A stretch of 64,000 bases of DNA from Vitrella brassicaformis CCMP3155 (lineage: Eukaryota; Protista; Chromerida). The stretch lies in NCBI GenBank assembly GCA_001179505.1, contig CDMY01000273.1:1-64000 (forward strand), written 5' to 3'. The position numbers and the translations under genes were made by a program. The notes beneath the pieces are model-generated. The model saw nothing but the letters and a program-made list of their open reading frames with translations, did no database searches and had not been told where the DNA came from. This document shows positions 62,132 to 64,000 of this stretch, piece by piece (position 1 is the stretch's first letter; each line of letters begins with the position of its first letter).

Positions 62132-64000
62132 TCATGTGGCCTTCAGTGTGAGTGAGAGGCCATACATGGGAGAGCTGCACTGTGGCTCGGTACACTCACT
62201 CTCTTCAACAGTGTAGTGCGGGGCGGCCTGCCTGGCGCTCTCAGCCGCAAATGAGCGGAGGTCACTCAGCTGAAATCCGGAGGTGAGCCACCCCCCAACT
62301 CGCTCTCGCGCAGCCATGCCTTCAACTCGACACTCGCTGATCGCACAGCTAAGGCTACCTTGATGAACTCCCTCACGCCTTTCTTGCTGGCCAGACGTGA
62401 AGAGGTCAGGCGATGGATGAGAGGCCGGCGGACACCCTGCGTGGCGGGGGCGTCCGCCGGCCACTCAGACACCACATCGCCAACGCACCCAGCAATGTCG
62501 ACCACATCTAGCTGATCTACGGGCAGGTAGCAGAGAAGCTCACGGGCGGCAGCAAAGCTAGACAGGTCTGAGAAGGTGACACTCTTCAGTGTCGTCAACT
62601 CGCCCAAAAGCGGGCTGAGCTTGCTACTGGTGGCACGCACGTCAGCCAAGGACAGCGAAAGATCGTGCACCGTCAACTGCTCGACAGCCGGGAAGTGGCG
62701 GCTCGTCGCCCCCTCCCTCTCAGTCAGCCACTCGGGGATGCTGTCGTTCACTGCCGATGCACTCGCGCCGCGCTTGATGTTGATGGTGAGCTTCTTGGTG
62801 TTGTGGAAGATGAGCTTGCCCCGCCACGACTCGTGCAGCGCTGTCCCGCCGAGCTTCAAACTGACCTGCATGCACACGAAGACACACACGTTGGTGCCCT
62901 GCCTGGTGCACTCCCTCCCGTGTCTGTGCGCTCCTTACCTCGGTCGCCTTGGCCGCCAGCGGCGTTGCAATGTCCCCATAGGGGCCGCCGGGCGCAGGAA
63001 GAGCAGTGGCGTCGCTGCTGCAGTCGATGGTCAGCAAGCTCACTCTCGGCCACTCGATCTGGCAATGGACGTCTGCCGCCCACTTGGTGATGCCCGCCAT
63101 GTCGGCCGCCCCCTGCCTCTGCCCGTAGTCCATCCACCTACGAAAGGCCTCCATGTCGGCCACACCGATCGACGGAATGTCATCAAGCATCACGAACCCC
63201 AGCTTCTTCGGCGCCTCTGCATGCAACGGGTAAGGCAGATAGACAGACCAGCCCCCCGACTAAAGCGATTCGGTCCTTCTGGTCACGTACGCTTCTTGTC
63301 TGGTTTGCTCCAGTTTTGGTCGAGGGCGTTCTTGAGCTGACAGAGGCGGACGAAGTGGCCCATCTTGATCCCGATGCCAGCGATGGTGGTGAGGTGGGGG
63401 CAGCCGACGAGGGCATCGAGGAAGTCGCTCCACCGGGCGTCGTCGAATGTGATGCCGTCGCTGGACTCCAGCCGCTCCATCTTGGGCGATGTGCGGAGCA
63501 GACGCACCAAGGAGGTGGCCATCTCACCGGAGATGCGGCCGACTCGGAGTGTGGTGACTGCCGGGAAGGTCCAGCAACGAGCACTGCAGACACACACGTC
63601 GACTCAAGACAAGAATGACTCGGCGGTGGGGTCAACCCTGACTCCCCTCTCTGCGTACCTGATGTGGTCAAGACCTGCATGGCCAAGGAGGTCCAGGTCT
63701 GTGACTTTGGAGAACACGATGGGCTCGGCATTCGACGTCCGTAGGCGGTCCTTCTCCTCCACGTCCAGCGTCATCTTCTTGAGTGTGTCCCTGCTGGCCT
63801 CCAGCAGCTCCGACGCGACAGACGGCACACAGCCAGCCTCCACATGAGCCACCTGGATCCTGCCCTGCACACACACACACACAAACATGGACAGAGCGCT
63901 GAACCCCCACACACGCCTTCAATGTGTCCCCTGTGAGGCCTCCTACCGCCATGTGCGGCATCTTCTTGACTAGGCAGGCATCATCTACCACAGAGACGTC
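62132..64000 (-). CDS. 3' part of a lineage-expanded LRR-like/solenoid protein family member; runs off the right edge
   Basis: Exon-like ORFs 63604-63912, 63283-63597, 62720-63226 and 62266-62889 (FPAVTTLRV, LVGCPHLTTI, HFPAVEQLTV, LTTLKSVTF) are separated by GT-AG introns. The final frame is ambiguous around a G6 run at ~62291. Confidence 0.6.

Noticed and set aside
1-64000. CRISPR arrays, rRNA or tRNA genes, dinoflagellate spliced-leader relics
   Set aside because: None recognised by eye. The repeats are microsatellites or duplications without unique spacers. tRNAscan/Infernal were not run.

Overview
Intron-rich, GC-rich eukaryotic genomic scaffold with two 300-N gaps. The short GT-AG introns full of CA/GT, CAGA, GATG and GCCT microsatellites, the lineage-expanded ankyrin, F-box-like and LRR-like families, an apicomplexan-type mitochondrial bS6 and an axonemal dynein all point to a chromerid alveolate, most like Vitrella brassicaformis (inference from recalled family patterns, no search run). 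Recognisable genes are a ~17.5 kb inner-arm dynein heavy chain (DNAH2/DHC10, I1-beta class), WDR48/UAF1, mitochondrial ribosomal protein S6, a small tandem-chromodomain protein, a possibly myristoylated ubiquitin-like protein, an HPR/FASTK-like helical-repeat protein, a qRRM-like protein, an RNI-type LRR protein and a multi-pass membrane protein. The most striking non-gene structure is a ~4.2 kb minus-strand LTR element (14082-18266). It has two 166-bp LTRs with non-canonical AGTT...AACT ends, a copia/Hemivirus-type internal tRNA-iMet primer site, a polypurine tract and a single Gag-like ORF with no pol, and it sits between two divergent host genes. There is also a ~4.9 kb imperfect palindrome carrying a head-to-head pair of F-box-like membrane-protein paralogs, each with its own apparent frameshift. 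All exon models were built by eye and need RNA-seq confirmation.
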